Assembly: GCA_044226625.1 (NCBI GenBank)
Contig: JBGAGQ010000005.1
Location: forward strand, 96,001-160,000
Direction of reading: 5' to 3'
DNA: 64,000 nt
Source of the DNA: Thermoanaerobaculia bacterium
GTDB taxonomy: Bacteria > Acidobacteriota > Thermoanaerobaculia > Multivoradales > UBA5704
The notes under the pieces were generated by a model. The model was not told where the DNA came from. It ran no database searches and was given only the letters and a program-made list of their open reading frames with translations. The position numbers and the translations under genes are program-made. The number at the start of each line of letters is the position of its first letter. Position 1 is the first letter of the stretch. Positions 35,910 through 45,736 of this stretch are shown one piece after another.

Positions 35910-38225
35910 CTACGCCGCCGGCTCGACCGCCTCGACGTAGCCGCACCCCTCGGTGTTGCAGACCAGTTGGGTGCCGTGGCGCTTGGTGGTCTTTTCCATC
36001 AGGAACTGCGCGCCGCACGAGGGGCAGGGCTTCGCGACCGGCTTGTTCCAGAGGGCGTTCTTGCAGTCGGGGTAGCGGCTGCACGAATAGAAGATCTTGC
36101 CCCGCCGGGAGCGCTTCTCGACCATCTCTCCCTTGCCGCATTCGGCGCAGGGAACGCCGGTCGGTTTCGGCGCAGCCGGGGCCGGGCCGGTTCGGCGGAG
36201 GTTCTTGCACTCGGGGTAGCCCGTGCAGCCGTAGAACGTTCCGAAGCGGCTGCGGCGGAGCGCCATTGGCTTGCCGCACTGCTCGCAGGGCGGAATCTCC
36301 TCGGCCTGCGCCTCGGAGGCTCCTTCCGCGGGAGCTTCCTCTTCCGTACCGGTGTCCACGTTACGCGTGTACTTGCAGGTCGGATAGTTGGTGCACGCGA
36401 TGAAGGCGCCGTAGCGGCCGAAGCGCATCACGAGCGGAGCGCCGTCCTCCGGGCAGAGCTCGCCGGTCGGCACGCCGTCCTTCTTGACGTTCGGCATCGT
36501 CTCGCCCGCGAGCGCCAGGTCGCGGGTGAATTTCTCGTCGAACTCGCCGATCGCCTGCTTCCAGTCCATCGACCCTTCTTCGATCTTGTCCAGCTCCTCT
36601 TCGAGCGAGGCCGTGTACCCCTCGTTGATCACGTCGTTGAAGCTCCCCTGGAGCATTTTGTTGACGATCTTGCCGAGGGGAGTCGGGCGGAATCGCGATT
36701 CGAGCTTTTCGACGTAGTTGCGATCGGTGATCGTCGAGAGGATCGCGGCGTAGGTCGACGGGCGGCCGATGCCGTTTTCTTCGAGCGCCTTGACCAACGT
36801 CGCCTCGCTGTATTGCGCGGGCGGTTGGGTGAACTTCTGCTCCGAGGCCAGGCGGACGAGCTTCAACGTCTGCCCCTCTTCGAGCGGCGGGAGCATCCCC
36901 TCCGCCGCCTCGGCCTCGTCGCCGTCTTTTCCCTTGCCCCCTTCCGCCTCTTCCGGGGTCTCGCGATAGACCGCGAGGAAGCCGGCGCGCTTCAAGACCT
37001 TTCCCTGCGCGCGGAGCGTGTACTGCCCCTGGTCGCCCGCTGCGATGTCGGCCTGGGTGACGTCGAACACCGCGGGGAGCATCTGGGAGGCGACGAAGCG
37101 ATCCCAGATCAGCTTGTAGAGCTTGAGCTCGTCCGGCTTCAAGAAGTCCTTCACCGCGTCGGGCGAGAGGTCGAAGCTGGTCGGACGGATCGCCTCGTGG
37201 GCGTCCTGGGCGTCTTTCTTGCTCCGATAGCGGTTCGGTTTGTCGGGCAGCGCGCTCGCGCCGTAGGTCGCCTCGATCATCTCGCGGACGCCGACGAGCG
37301 CCTCTTCCGAGACGCGGGTCGAATCGGTTCGCATGTAGGTGATCAGACCCACGGCGCCGCGGTCGCCGATCTCCCGGCCTTCATAGAGCCCCTGGGCGAG
37401 CGCCATCGTGCGCTTGACCGAGAAGCCGTGACGCCGCGCCGCCTCCTGCTGCAGGCGGCTGGTGATGAACGGCGGGCTCGGACGCTGGAGCGATTCCTTG
37501 CGCTCGATCGATCGGACGACGAACTTGCCCTTTTCGAGATCGCCGACGATCCGCGCCGCGTCGTCGCCGTTGCCCACCTCGGCCTTCTCTTTGCCGATCC
37601 GGGAAAGCCGGGCATGGAACTGCGGCGCCTTGCCCGCGTCGAGGTCCGCGCCGAGCAACCAGTATTCGACCGCCTGGAACGCGTCGATCTCGTCTTGCCG
37701 CTCACAGACCATCTTGAGCGCGACCGACTGGACGCGGCCGGCCGAGAGCCCCTGCTTGACCTTCTCCCAGAGCAGCGGCGAGAGGCGGAATCCCATCATC
37801 CGGTCGAGCACGCGACGCGCCTGCTGGGCGTCGACCTTGGCGCCGTCGATCTCGCGCGGCTCGGCGAGCGCCTTGAGCACGGCGTTCTTGGTGATCTCGT
37901 TGAAGGTCACCCTTTTCACCGCGGTGGGATCTTTGTCCAAGACCTCGGCGATATGCCAGGCGATCGCCTCTCCTTCGCGATCGGGGTCGGGCGCGAGATA
38001 GATCATGTCGGCCGTCTTCGCCGCGGCGCGCAGCTTCTTGACCACTTCCTTCTTGTCGGCGAGGACGGCGTACTTCGGCTCGTAGTTCGCGCCGAGGCCC
38101 ATGTCCTTCTTCACCAGGTCGCGGATGTGGCCGAGCGACGCCTCGACGGTGTATTGCCGCCCCAGGAACTTCTTGAGCGTACGCGTCTTGGCGGGGCTTT
38201 CGACGATCACCAGATTCTTAGCCAT
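35910..38225 (-). CDS. topA: DNA topoisomerase I
   Basis: LVIVESPAK, DPDREGEAI, SAGRVQS, ITYMRTDS, GIGRPSTY, C-terminal C4 zinc ribbons. Confidence 0.97.
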   Translation of the reverse strand: MAKNLVIVESPAKTRTLKKFLGRQYTVEASLGHIRDLVKKDMGLGANYEPKYAVLADKKEVVKKLRAAAKTADMIYLAPDPDREGEAIAWHIAEVLDKDPTAVKRVTFNEITKNAVLKALAEPREIDGAKVDAQQARRVLDRMMGFRLSPLLWEKVKQGLSAGRVQSVALKMVCERQDEIDAFQAVEYWLLGADLDAGKAPQFHARLSRIGKEKAEVGNGDDAARIVGDLEKGKFVVRSIERKESLQRPSPPFITSRLQQEAARRHGFSVKRTMALAQGLYEGREIGDRGAVGLITYMRTDSTRVSEEALVGVREMIEATYGASALPDKPNRYRSKKDAQDAHEAIRPTSFDLSPDAVKDFLKPDELKLYKLIWDRFVASQMLPAVFDVTQADIAAGDQGQYTLRAQGKVLKRAGFLAVYRETPEEAEGGKGKDGDEAEAAEGMLPPLEEGQTLKLVRLASEQKFTQPPAQYSEATLVKALEENGIGRPSTYAAILSTITDRNYVEKLESRFRPTPLGKIVNKMLQGSFNDVINEGYTASLEEELDKIEEGSMDWKQAIGEFDEKFTRDLALAGETMPNVKKDGVPTGELCPEDGAPLVMRFGRYGAFIACTNYPTCKYTRNVDTGTEEEAPAEGASEAQAEEIPPCEQCGKPMALRRSRFGTFYGCTGYPECKNLRRTGPAPAAPKPTGVPCAECGKGEMVEKRSRRGKIFYSCSRYPDCKNALWNKPVAKPCPSCGAQFLMEKTTKRHGTQLVCNTEGCGYVEAVEPAA

Positions 38226-38418
38226 GGGCTTCCTCTAACGTCCCGGGCATGTCCACCATTCCAAACCAAACCACATTCCCGACCCAGGAGACGAGCCGGG
38301 GAGGGTACCACCCGCTCCCCGGGGTCGCAACTCGGGTGTCCGGACTCCATGGAAATGTCCCCATGGGGACTCGATAGAAATGTCCCCCTACCCTTTGTCG
38401 ATGCAAGGGGGAGCCGGC

Positions 38419-39714
38419 ATGGGGGAACGGATCGGGATGAGCCGCAAAGAGCGGGATCGGCTGGTGGAGCTGGACGCGGTGCGGCGAGGGCAGAGGAGCC
38501 TGGCCGCCGCCGCTCGGCGTCTGGGATTGAGCTACCGGCAAGCCAAGCGAGTTTGGCGCCGGTTCCAAGAGCAGGAGGCCGCGGGGCTAGTCCATGGCCT
38601 GCGAGGACGAGCGTCGAATCGGCGGAAGGAGCCCGAGATCCGCCAGGCGTGTTTGGATTTCTACGTGGAGCGTTTGGAGGGCTTCGGACCGACGCTGGCG
38701 GCGGAAAAGCTGGGCGAACGAGGTCTAGACGTCGACCACGAGACGCTGCGCCGCTGGCTGGTCGCTTCCGGGCTCTGGTGCTCTCAGCCTCGTGTCCTTC
38801 GGCCGCGTCTGTGGCGACCTCGGCGCGAGAGATTCGGCGAGTTGGTTCAGCTCGACGGTTCGTTCCACGATTGGTTCGGTGCCGGAGAAGGACACCGCGA
38901 TTGTCTGCTGGTCCTGATCGACGACGCGACGGGGCGGCGCCTGAGCCAGTTGGTGGCCGAAGAGACGACTTCCGACGCGATGAGCTTGCTGGCGCGCTGG
39001 ATCGAGCGCTATGGAGTTCCTTGCAGCCTGTACGTCGATCGCAAGAGCGTCTACGTCACCGAGCGGGACGCCACGCTGGAGGAGGAGCTGGCGGGCGAAC
39101 CGCCTCTGACGGTGTTTGGCAAAGCCTGCCGCAAGCTCGGCATCGAGATCGTGGTGGCTCACTCGCCGCAGGCCAAGGGGCGGGTCGAGCGCAGCCACGC
39201 GGTGTACCAGGATCGGTTGGTCAAGGAGATTCGTCTGCGCGGCCTGACGAGCCGCGAGCAGGTCAACGAGTTGCTGGTCTGCTTCGACGAAGACTTGAAT
39301 CGGCGTTTCGCCATTTCTCCAGCCGATCCCGAAACGGCCCACCGTCCGATGCCCGCCGACCTCGACCTGGCGACGGTATGGGTCTGGGAGGAGGTGCGGA
39401 CCGTACGCAACGACTGGACGTTGAGCTACGAGAATCGTTGTTTGCAATTGCTGGGATCGAGCTCCCACCTGCCGAAGGCGAAGAGTCGCGTGACGGTTCA
39501 GAAGCGCCAGGACGGATCGCTCCACGTGCTCTACCGCGGGAAATTTCTCCGTTTCGAAGAGATCCCCCATCGACCGCAGCGTCCGGCCCCAACGCCCTCG
39601 TTGGCTCAGGCCGCGCCTCGGCTTTCCCCTCGCCCCGCGGCCGATCACCCTTGGCGCCAGCGGCTTTTGGCGCCGCGCCGCGGCGCCTGCCCCCCGCCCC
39701 CACCCACTGCCTAG
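38419..39714 (+). CDS. DDE transposase (ISNCY/IS1202-type)
   Basis: N-terminal HTH (AA..LGLSYRQAKR), GELVQLDGS.HDW, YVDR, SPQAKGRVER, C-terminal P..DHPWR. Confidence 0.93.
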   Translation: MGERIGMSRKERDRLVELDAVRRGQRSLAAAARRLGLSYRQAKRVWRRFQEQEAAGLVHGLRGRASNRRKEPEIRQACLDFYVERLEGFGPTLAAEKLGERGLDVDHETLRRWLVASGLWCSQPRVLRPRLWRPRRERFGELVQLDGSFHDWFGAGEGHRDCLLVLIDDATGRRLSQLVAEETTSDAMSLLARWIERYGVPCSLYVDRKSVYVTERDATLEEELAGEPPLTVFGKACRKLGIEIVVAHSPQAKGRVERSHAVYQDRLVKEIRLRGLTSREQVNELLVCFDEDLNRRFAISPADPETAHRPMPADLDLATVWVWEEVRTVRNDWTLSYENRCLQLLGSSSHLPKAKSRVTVQKRQDGSLHVLYRGKFLRFEEIPHRPQRPAPTPSLAQAAPRLSPRPAADHPWRQRLLAPRRGACPPPPPTA

Positions 39715-39725
39715 AGCTTCGGGGA

Positions 39726-39861
39726 CCTATGGAAGCTGCCGCCCTATGGACGGCTCGAGCAAAAAACGCTCGACCCGCCCACAGGGCTTGGACCGCACGG
39801 CCCGATCCGCCGCCCTTCGGGCCGCGGATCCAACGGGCCGGCGGCCCACAGCTCCCACAGG
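39726..39861 (-). ncRNA. Candidate structured RNA or ssDNA element in the IS 3' non-coding region
   Basis: Three-way arrangement of long stems; four A-C mismatches on + become G-U pairs on the minus strand. Confidence 0.5.
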
Positions 39862-39965
39862 CCCGGCGGCGGGAGATAGGGGGACACTTCTATCGAGTTC
39901 CCCATAGGGACATTTCTGTCGAGTCTTGACACTCGGGAGACCGCCGTGCGCTCGCCGTCTCCCGT

Positions 39966-41138
39966 TCAGGCGCGACGATAGAGGCCGCCCGGCAACCGGC
40001 TCGCCCGGCCGAGCAGCTCCAGCTCGAGCAGGGTCGCGAGCACGCGGTCGATCGGCGCGCCGGTCGCCGTGGCCAGATCTTCGGGAGCGCGATCGAAGCC
40101 GCGCACCATGGCCTCGAGGAGCGCGCCGGCGAGGCCCGGGAGGGGCGGCTCGGTGAATTGAGGCTCGGGTTCGCCGGGAGGGGGCGAGGAGGGTCCGCGC
40201 GGCCCGACCAGGTCGAGGAGATCGTTCGGATGCTGGGCGAGGAACGCTCCGTCGCGCAGCAGTGCGTGCGGCCCCAGGGATCGCTCCGAAAAGATAGGGC
40301 CCGGCACGGCGAACAGATCGCGCCCGAGCTCGAGCGCCCAACGCGCGGTGGACAGAGAACCGGAGCGCGCCGCCGCCTGGACCACGAGGACCGCCTGGCT
40401 GAGCGCGGCGATCGATCGGTTCCGGACCGGGAAGTTCCAGGTGCGCGGCTCGTAGCCGAAAGGAAATTCGGTGACCAGGGCACCCCGCGCGGCGATCGCG
40501 CGGCCGAGCTGGCCGTGGCCGGTGGGATAGTCGACCCCCAAGCCGCACCCCAAGACCGCGATCGTCCGGCCGGCCGGCGGCACCAGGGCGCCGCGGTGCG
40601 CCGCGGCGTCGATGCCCCGCGCGAAGCCCGAGACCACGGCGACCTCGCGCTCGGCGAGCGCGGAGGCGAACAGCTGGGCGACCTCCAGTCCATAGGAATC
40701 GGCACGCCGCGATCCGACGATCGCGACCGCGGGTCCCGCGGTCAGCTCTCCGGCGACGGTGAGGACGGGCGGGGCGAGCGGCAGCTGGCCGAGCACGGCC
40801 GGAAATTCCGGGTCGAGGCGGGTGACCAGCCGGCCGCCGAGCGTGGCCGCCTTCTCGCGCTCGGCCCTACCCGTCTCACGTGCCCGAGGTAATAGAGAGA
40901 GTGCGGTTTCGAGCTGGCGCCTGGGGATCCCGATCTCGCGCGCGATGAGCTCGGTCGTGAGCGCCGTCCCGGTCGCGCCGGTCCAAAACTCGAGGTCCTC
41001 CGCCAGGCGGGCGAACGCCGTGCGGGAGAGGCGGGTGTCCGCGTGTAGGCCGATCAGCAGGTCCGAGTCGGGGTGGAGAGCGGGGACCGGGGGGCTAGGT
41101 GGGGGCGGGGTCTCCCGCGCGTGTTTCGTCGCTTTCAT
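39966..41138 (-). CDS. dprA: DNA-processing protein DprA
   Basis: VAIVGSR, VVSGFARGIDAAAH, FP.RNR.IA.LS, SGSLSTA..A...GR, C-terminal winged helix; upstream of topA. Confidence 0.93.
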   Translation of the reverse strand: MKATKHARETPPPPSPPVPALHPDSDLLIGLHADTRLSRTAFARLAEDLEFWTGATGTALTTELIAREIGIPRRQLETALSLLPRARETGRAEREKAATLGGRLVTRLDPEFPAVLGQLPLAPPVLTVAGELTAGPAVAIVGSRRADSYGLEVAQLFASALAEREVAVVSGFARGIDAAAHRGALVPPAGRTIAVLGCGLGVDYPTGHGQLGRAIAARGALVTEFPFGYEPRTWNFPVRNRSIAALSQAVLVVQAAARSGSLSTARWALELGRDLFAVPGPIFSERSLGPHALLRDGAFLAQHPNDLLDLVGPRGPSSPPPGEPEPQFTEPPLPGLAGALLEAMVRGFDRAPEDLATATGAPIDRVLATLLELELLGRASRLPGGLYRRA

Positions 41139-41364
41139 GGCGCATGGCCTCCTCGCCAGAGAACAGACGTAAACGAGGGGGGCGAGTCTCGATGATTCGG
41201 GGACGAACGCCGTCCGGAAGGGTGAAGGCGTTCGTATATACTCCCGGAGCCGTCGCGGACGGCCATCGTCCGAGCGCATCGGAAACGTGAAGGGAAACGT
41301 GAAGACGAAACGCGCGAACCCCAAGACGTACCGCTCGAAATCCCCGGTAACGGAGAACCCGCCG

Positions 41365-41853
41365 ATGTCTCGCGCCCCCCTCCGGATTTTCCTCTCCCTG
41401 ATCGCCCTCCTGATCGTTTCAGTACCGGCTTCCGCGCGCGAAGCGGCGGGCGAGGCGCAGCTCAATTTCGGTGTCAAGATGGCCCAGCAAGGGCTATGGA
41501 ACGAAGCGCTGTTCCGATTCCATCAGGCCGAGCTCGCGGATCCATCGAACCCGCGGATCCGCAACAACCTCGCGGTGGCCTACGAGGCGACCGGCGATTT
41601 CGAGAAGGCGCTCTCCTATTACAAGCAGGCGCTCGAGGCCGCGCCCAACGATCGCACCCTACGCGGCAACTACGCGCGCTTCGTCGAGTTCTACCAGGCC
41701 TTCAAAGGGGGCAAGGCCGCGAAGAGCAGCCCGAAACCGGACGCCGCAAAGGCTTTGAATCCGGCCGAGCCCCTGGTGCCGACCGGCGCGCCGGCCTCTT
41801 CGCCGGCTCCGCCGATCGAGCTGCCGGACAACGCTCCGCCCCCGCCTCGGTGA
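41365..41853 (+). CDS. Exported tetratricopeptide repeat protein
   Basis: Signal peptide; LWNEALFRF..A and NNLAVAYEA.G.FEKA..YY.QAL TPRs. Confidence 0.8.
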   Translation: MSRAPLRIFLSLIALLIVSVPASAREAAGEAQLNFGVKMAQQGLWNEALFRFHQAELADPSNPRIRNNLAVAYEATGDFEKALSYYKQALEAAPNDRTLRGNYARFVEFYQAFKGGKAAKSSPKPDAAKALNPAEPLVPTGAPASSPAPPIELPDNAPPPPR

Positions 41854-41899
41854 GGGCCGCGTAGCCGGCCACCCGGGGAACTCCAAGGAGATTTTTCAG

Positions 41900-42604
41900 A
41901 TGCGCGGAAAGCACCTTGCGGTCGCAGCAACGGCCCTTCTCGTCGCGCTGGCGGCAGAGCGTCCGACCCGCGGCTCGACGATCGAAGTGCAGCTCAAGCT
42001 GCCGCAGAAGGCGCGGCTCGACCTCAAGGGTAAGAAGTCGATCGCGGTCGCGCCGTTTCAGGTCGAGACCAAAGAGGACACCCAGCGCTTCCAGGGTCGC
42101 GACATCGACGTGCAGAAGGAGTTCGCGCGCTATCTGGTGAAGGTGATCCGCCGCGAAACCGAGCTCAAGGTGACCGAGACCGGCGGGCTGGATCTGCCGA
42201 CGACCGACTTCGACCAGCTCGCCAAGCAGACCGACTTCTGGCAGGCGCTCGGCGAGCGGACGGGTGCCGATCTGCTGCTCTCCGGCGGTCTCGATTTCGA
42301 CGTGCAGGACAAGACCGGCTATCGCACCGAGGAATACGTCTCGCCGTTCAACGGACAGACCTACTACCGCCAGGTGCTGGTCGAGCAGACCGGGTTCGAG
42401 TACGACATCCTGATGCAGGTCTACGACGCGCGGAGCGGCGCCCTGGTCTACCAGGACAACTTCAAGGATTTCCAGAAATTCGAGGGGGAGTCCACCGATC
42501 CGCTGCGCGGGATGTTCGAGAACCTCCTGTCGTTGGAGGACAAGATCGTCGGCGTCTTCACCCAGAAAGAGGTGGAGACGACCCGTACTCTGTTCACCGA
42601 CTGA
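41900..42604 (+). CDS. Exported hypothetical protein (CsgG/TolB-N-like alpha/beta fold suspected)
   Basis: Signal peptide, SIAVAPF, GADLLLSG, VYDARSG pattern; AGGAG SD. Confidence 0.55.
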   Translation: MRGKHLAVAATALLVALAAERPTRGSTIEVQLKLPQKARLDLKGKKSIAVAPFQVETKEDTQRFQGRDIDVQKEFARYLVKVIRRETELKVTETGGLDLPTTDFDQLAKQTDFWQALGERTGADLLLSGGLDFDVQDKTGYRTEEYVSPFNGQTYYRQVLVEQTGFEYDILMQVYDARSGALVYQDNFKDFQKFEGESTDPLRGMFENLLSLEDKIVGVFTQKEVETTRTLFTD

Positions 42605-42683
42605 CCGCCGCCGCTCCTTCCGCGCGGCGGTCGGGTTTCGCTGTGATGACGTCTGATCCGGTCGAGGGCAATGCGGTCGTTCC

Positions 42684-45650
42684 GTGGCTCGCGCACGAGC
42701 CGATTCGCGAGAGGAGGATTCGTTGAACCGTTCATTTCCACGTTTTCGGGGCTGGGGGCTCGTCGGCGCCTGGGCCGGGGTCTTCGCGATCTCCGCGCTC
42801 GCGTCGCTCGCCGGAGCGTCGAGCGCTTCGGCGCAGACGTCCGGATCGTTCGGCAAGAACAAGATCGCCTATCGTCGTTTCGATTGGCACATCTACCACT
42901 CGCCGCACTTCAACCTCTATTACTACACGGCCGAGGAGCCATTGCTCGAGAAGGTCGCCTCGCTCGCCGAGAGCGCCTACGACCGGCTGTCGCGTGACTT
43001 CAACTTCCAGATCAAAGAGCCGGTTCCGCTGATCTTCTACGCCACCCATTCGGCGTTCGAACAGAACAACGTCATCCAGAACTTCATCCCCGAAGGCATC
43101 GGCGCGTTCGCTTCGCCGGCGCGTTTCCGCATGGTCCTGCCGGTCGACCTGCCGGATTCCGAGCTGATGGAGCTGATCCTCCACGAGCTCACCCACATCT
43201 TCCAGTACAAGATCCTGTTCCAGGGTCGCCTCGCCGAAGCGGCCGCGACGTCGCCGCCGACCTGGTTCATGGAAGGCATGGCGAGCTACATGGCGAAGGA
43301 CGAGTCGTCGCGCGACAAGATGTTCCTGCGCGACGCCGTGGTCAACGACCAGATCCCCTCGGTAGGCAACGACTTCGGCGGCTTCTTCGCCTATCGCTTC
43401 GGCCACGCGGTGTTCGATTTCATCGAGGATCGATGGGGCAAGGACGGCTTCCTGGATTTCGTCTACGAGGCGCGCAACGCTCTCGGTTCCCGGGTCGACC
43501 GGGCGGTCAAGCGCACGTTCAAGCTGGACGTCGAGGATTTCGACGCCGAGTTCCGCCGCTGGCTGCGGAAGAAGTACCTCGCCCAGCTGATCGTCACCGG
43601 CGAGCCGGGCGATTTCGGCCGCCTGTTCCGCGTCGAGAGCAACGGCCGCGTGACGTACGAGACCTCGCCGACGGCTTCGCCTTCGGGCGACCTCGTGGCG
43701 GCGTTCAGCTCCTATCGCGGCGACGTCGACGTCGTGCTGTTCGACGCGCGGAACCGCAAGCTGCTCCGGAACCTCACGAAGGGCTATTCGAGCCAGTATC
43801 AGTATCCCGTCGCCCAGGAGCTCGAGCTCGGCCGCAAAACCGGTCGCGACCTCGCGTTTTCGCCGGACGGCAACACGATCGCCCTGTTCGTCAAGCGCGA
43901 GAGCGGGCGCAGCTTGGCCCTGCTCGACGTCTTGAAGGGTGGCATCCGCAAGATCGTCGACATGAAGGACATCGAGCAGCAGCTCGCGCCCGCATGGAGC
44001 CCGGACGGCAAGACGGTCGCGTTCTCCGGCTTCCAGAACGGCCAGTTCGACATCTTCACGATCGACCTCGACACGCTCGCGGTCACCAACCTGACCAACG
44101 ATCCGGTGTTCGACGGCGCGCCCGCCTATTCGCCGGACGGCAAGACGATCGTCTTCGTCTCCGACGTGGGCGACAAGCAGAAGCTGTTCCGCATCGACCT
44201 CGCGAATCCCAAAGAGCGCTTCCAGGTGACCACCGGCGAGTCGATCGAGAACGATCCGATCTTCTCGCCCGACGGCAAGCACCTCTATTTCACCTCCGAC
44301 CGCGCCGGCGCGGAGAACATCTACAGCCTGGACCTCGCGAACGGCACGCTGCTCCAGCACACGAACGTCGTCACGGGAGCGTCGATGCCGACGATCCTGC
44401 GCGGCGAGGCGGGCAAGGAGAGCCTGGTCTACACCGGTTTCTGGAAGGGGACCTTCGACCTCTATCTCTCCGACCTCGAAGAGAAGGTCGGCGAGCCGGC
44501 GACCGAGGCGATCGCCACGAGCCCGACCGGGGCGCAGACGATTCCGCGCTTCGAGCCGGACATCCAGGTCGCGATCGACGACGCGAACAAGGAGAAGTAC
44601 GGCGGCCGCAAGTTCTTTCTCGAAGGGGCGCAGACCTACGTCGGCGTCGACGACAACCAGACGGTCATCGGCCAGGTGCAGCTGAGCTTCTCGGATTACC
44701 TGGGCGACAAGCGCATCCAGGGGATCTTCTCGTCGATCGAAAGCCTGTCGAACTTCAACTTCATCTACGCCGACGTTTCGCGTCGCTGGCAGTGGCAGGT
44801 GAACCTGTTCGACACGCGCCTGTTCTTCGCGAGCAACGAGTTGGTCAACGGCCAGTTCCGCCGCGGCGACTCGGCGCTCGAGCTGACCGGCCTCACCGGC
44901 GCGGTCGCCTACCCGTTCAGCTTCTATAGGCGGGCGGAGCTCGGGCTCGGCTACATCCGGCGGAAGATCAGCTTCGACTCCTTCATCGAAGATCCGCGGA
45001 CCGGTCTACCGGTTCAGGTCATCGCCCGCGCGGACGACAACTACCCGATCCTCCAAGCGGCCTGGGTCTCCGACACCGCGGCGTTCATCTCCTCCGGTCC
45101 GCATTCCGGCCACCGGATCCGGATCGACGGCAGCTACGCCCCGGATACGGGCGGCAGCGGCACCCTTCTGTCCGAGGTTTCGCTCGACGCCCGGAAATAC
45201 TTCGCCTTCACCCAGCGGAGCGGTCTGGCGCTGCGCGCCTACGCCGCGGCGGTCGACGGCAACAGCCCGACGCCGCTCCGGATCGGCGGCCTCGACACGG
45301 TGCGCGGCGTCGACTTCCTCTCGCTGCTCGGCGACCGGGCGTTCTTCACCAACATCGAGCTGCGGTTCCCGTTGCTCGACGTGGTGGCGACGCCGTTCCT
45401 GGGTCTCCAGGGCGTGCGCGGCATCATCTTCTTCGACACGGGCGGCGCCTGGTTCAAGGACGTCCAGAACTTCCGCTTCTACGATCGTGACGCGGGGCGG
45501 TTCCAGGACGGCGTCGCCGCCTACGGCTGGGGCATCTCGGCCCGACTGTTCGGCGGGCTCGACTTCAACTGGGATTTCGCGAAGCCCTACAAGTCGTCTC
45601 TTCGGGACGAAGGCTTCCGGACCTCGTTCTGGATCGGCACGCGATTCTGA
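42684..45650 (+). CDS. Outer-membrane protein: zinc peptidase (HExxH) + PD40/TolB-like propeller + BamA/TamA-type barrel
   Basis: FGKNK, HELTH..., WFMEGMA, repeated P..SPDG, VRG and ELRFP barrel motifs, C-terminal Phe; start uncertain. Confidence 0.8.
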   Translation: MARARADSREEDSLNRSFPRFRGWGLVGAWAGVFAISALASLAGASSASAQTSGSFGKNKIAYRRFDWHIYHSPHFNLYYYTAEEPLLEKVASLAESAYDRLSRDFNFQIKEPVPLIFYATHSAFEQNNVIQNFIPEGIGAFASPARFRMVLPVDLPDSELMELILHELTHIFQYKILFQGRLAEAAATSPPTWFMEGMASYMAKDESSRDKMFLRDAVVNDQIPSVGNDFGGFFAYRFGHAVFDFIEDRWGKDGFLDFVYEARNALGSRVDRAVKRTFKLDVEDFDAEFRRWLRKKYLAQLIVTGEPGDFGRLFRVESNGRVTYETSPTASPSGDLVAAFSSYRGDVDVVLFDARNRKLLRNLTKGYSSQYQYPVAQELELGRKTGRDLAFSPDGNTIALFVKRESGRSLALLDVLKGGIRKIVDMKDIEQQLAPAWSPDGKTVAFSGFQNGQFDIFTIDLDTLAVTNLTNDPVFDGAPAYSPDGKTIVFVSDVGDKQKLFRIDLANPKERFQVTTGESIENDPIFSPDGKHLYFTSDRAGAENIYSLDLANGTLLQHTNVVTGASMPTILRGEAGKESLVYTGFWKGTFDLYLSDLEEKVGEPATEAIATSPTGAQTIPRFEPDIQVAIDDANKEKYGGRKFFLEGAQTYVGVDDNQTVIGQVQLSFSDYLGDKRIQGIFSSIESLSNFNFIYADVSRRWQWQVNLFDTRLFFASNELVNGQFRRGDSALELTGLTGAVAYPFSFYRRAELGLGYIRRKISFDSFIEDPRTGLPVQVIARADDNYPILQAAWVSDTAAFISSGPHSGHRIRIDGSYAPDTGGSGTLLSEVSLDARKYFAFTQRSGLALRAYAAAVDGNSPTPLRIGGLDTVRGVDFLSLLGDRAFFTNIELRFPLLDVVATPFLGLQGVRGIIFFDTGGAWFKDVQNFRFYDRDAGRFQDGVAAYGWGISARLFGGLDFNWDFAKPYKSSLRDEGFRTSFWIGTRF

Positions 45651-45736
45651 TCGCCTGACCGCGGCACGGAACGACCTCGGGAGGGGGAGAGATCTCCCTC
45701 CCTTCTCGTTTTCCGGAGCCCTTCCGCCCGCGCCGC

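Larger units (their letters stand above)
38337..39931 (+). mobile_element. Complete insertion sequence, IS1202 family (ISNCY/IS481-like), 1595 bp, 6-bp target duplication CTCGGG
   Basis: TGT...ACA termini; imperfect IRs of about 54 bp (38337-38390 and 39877-39931), each with two ACTC.A..GAA.TGTCCC sub-repeats; CTCGGG at 38331-38336 and 39932-39937. Confidence 0.92.

Noticed and set aside
34474-36279. N-terminal extension making Pnkp a 1465-aa ORF
   Set aside because: It overlaps hen1 and topA in another frame and is Arg/Pro-rich shadow translation; the real start is ATG 34473.
38337-38390. Short repeats resembling a mini-CRISPR
   Set aside because: They are sub-repeats within the IS terminal inverted repeats and are mirrored at the other end; there are no spacers or cas genes.
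35967-39929. 1320-aa + strand ORF across topA and the IS
   Set aside because: Antisense or off-frame shadow typical of high-GC DNA, with no recognisable motifs.
38280-39970. dif/xrs site next to the IS
   Set aside because: No XerC/XerD-like AT-rich 28-bp site is visible on either flank.
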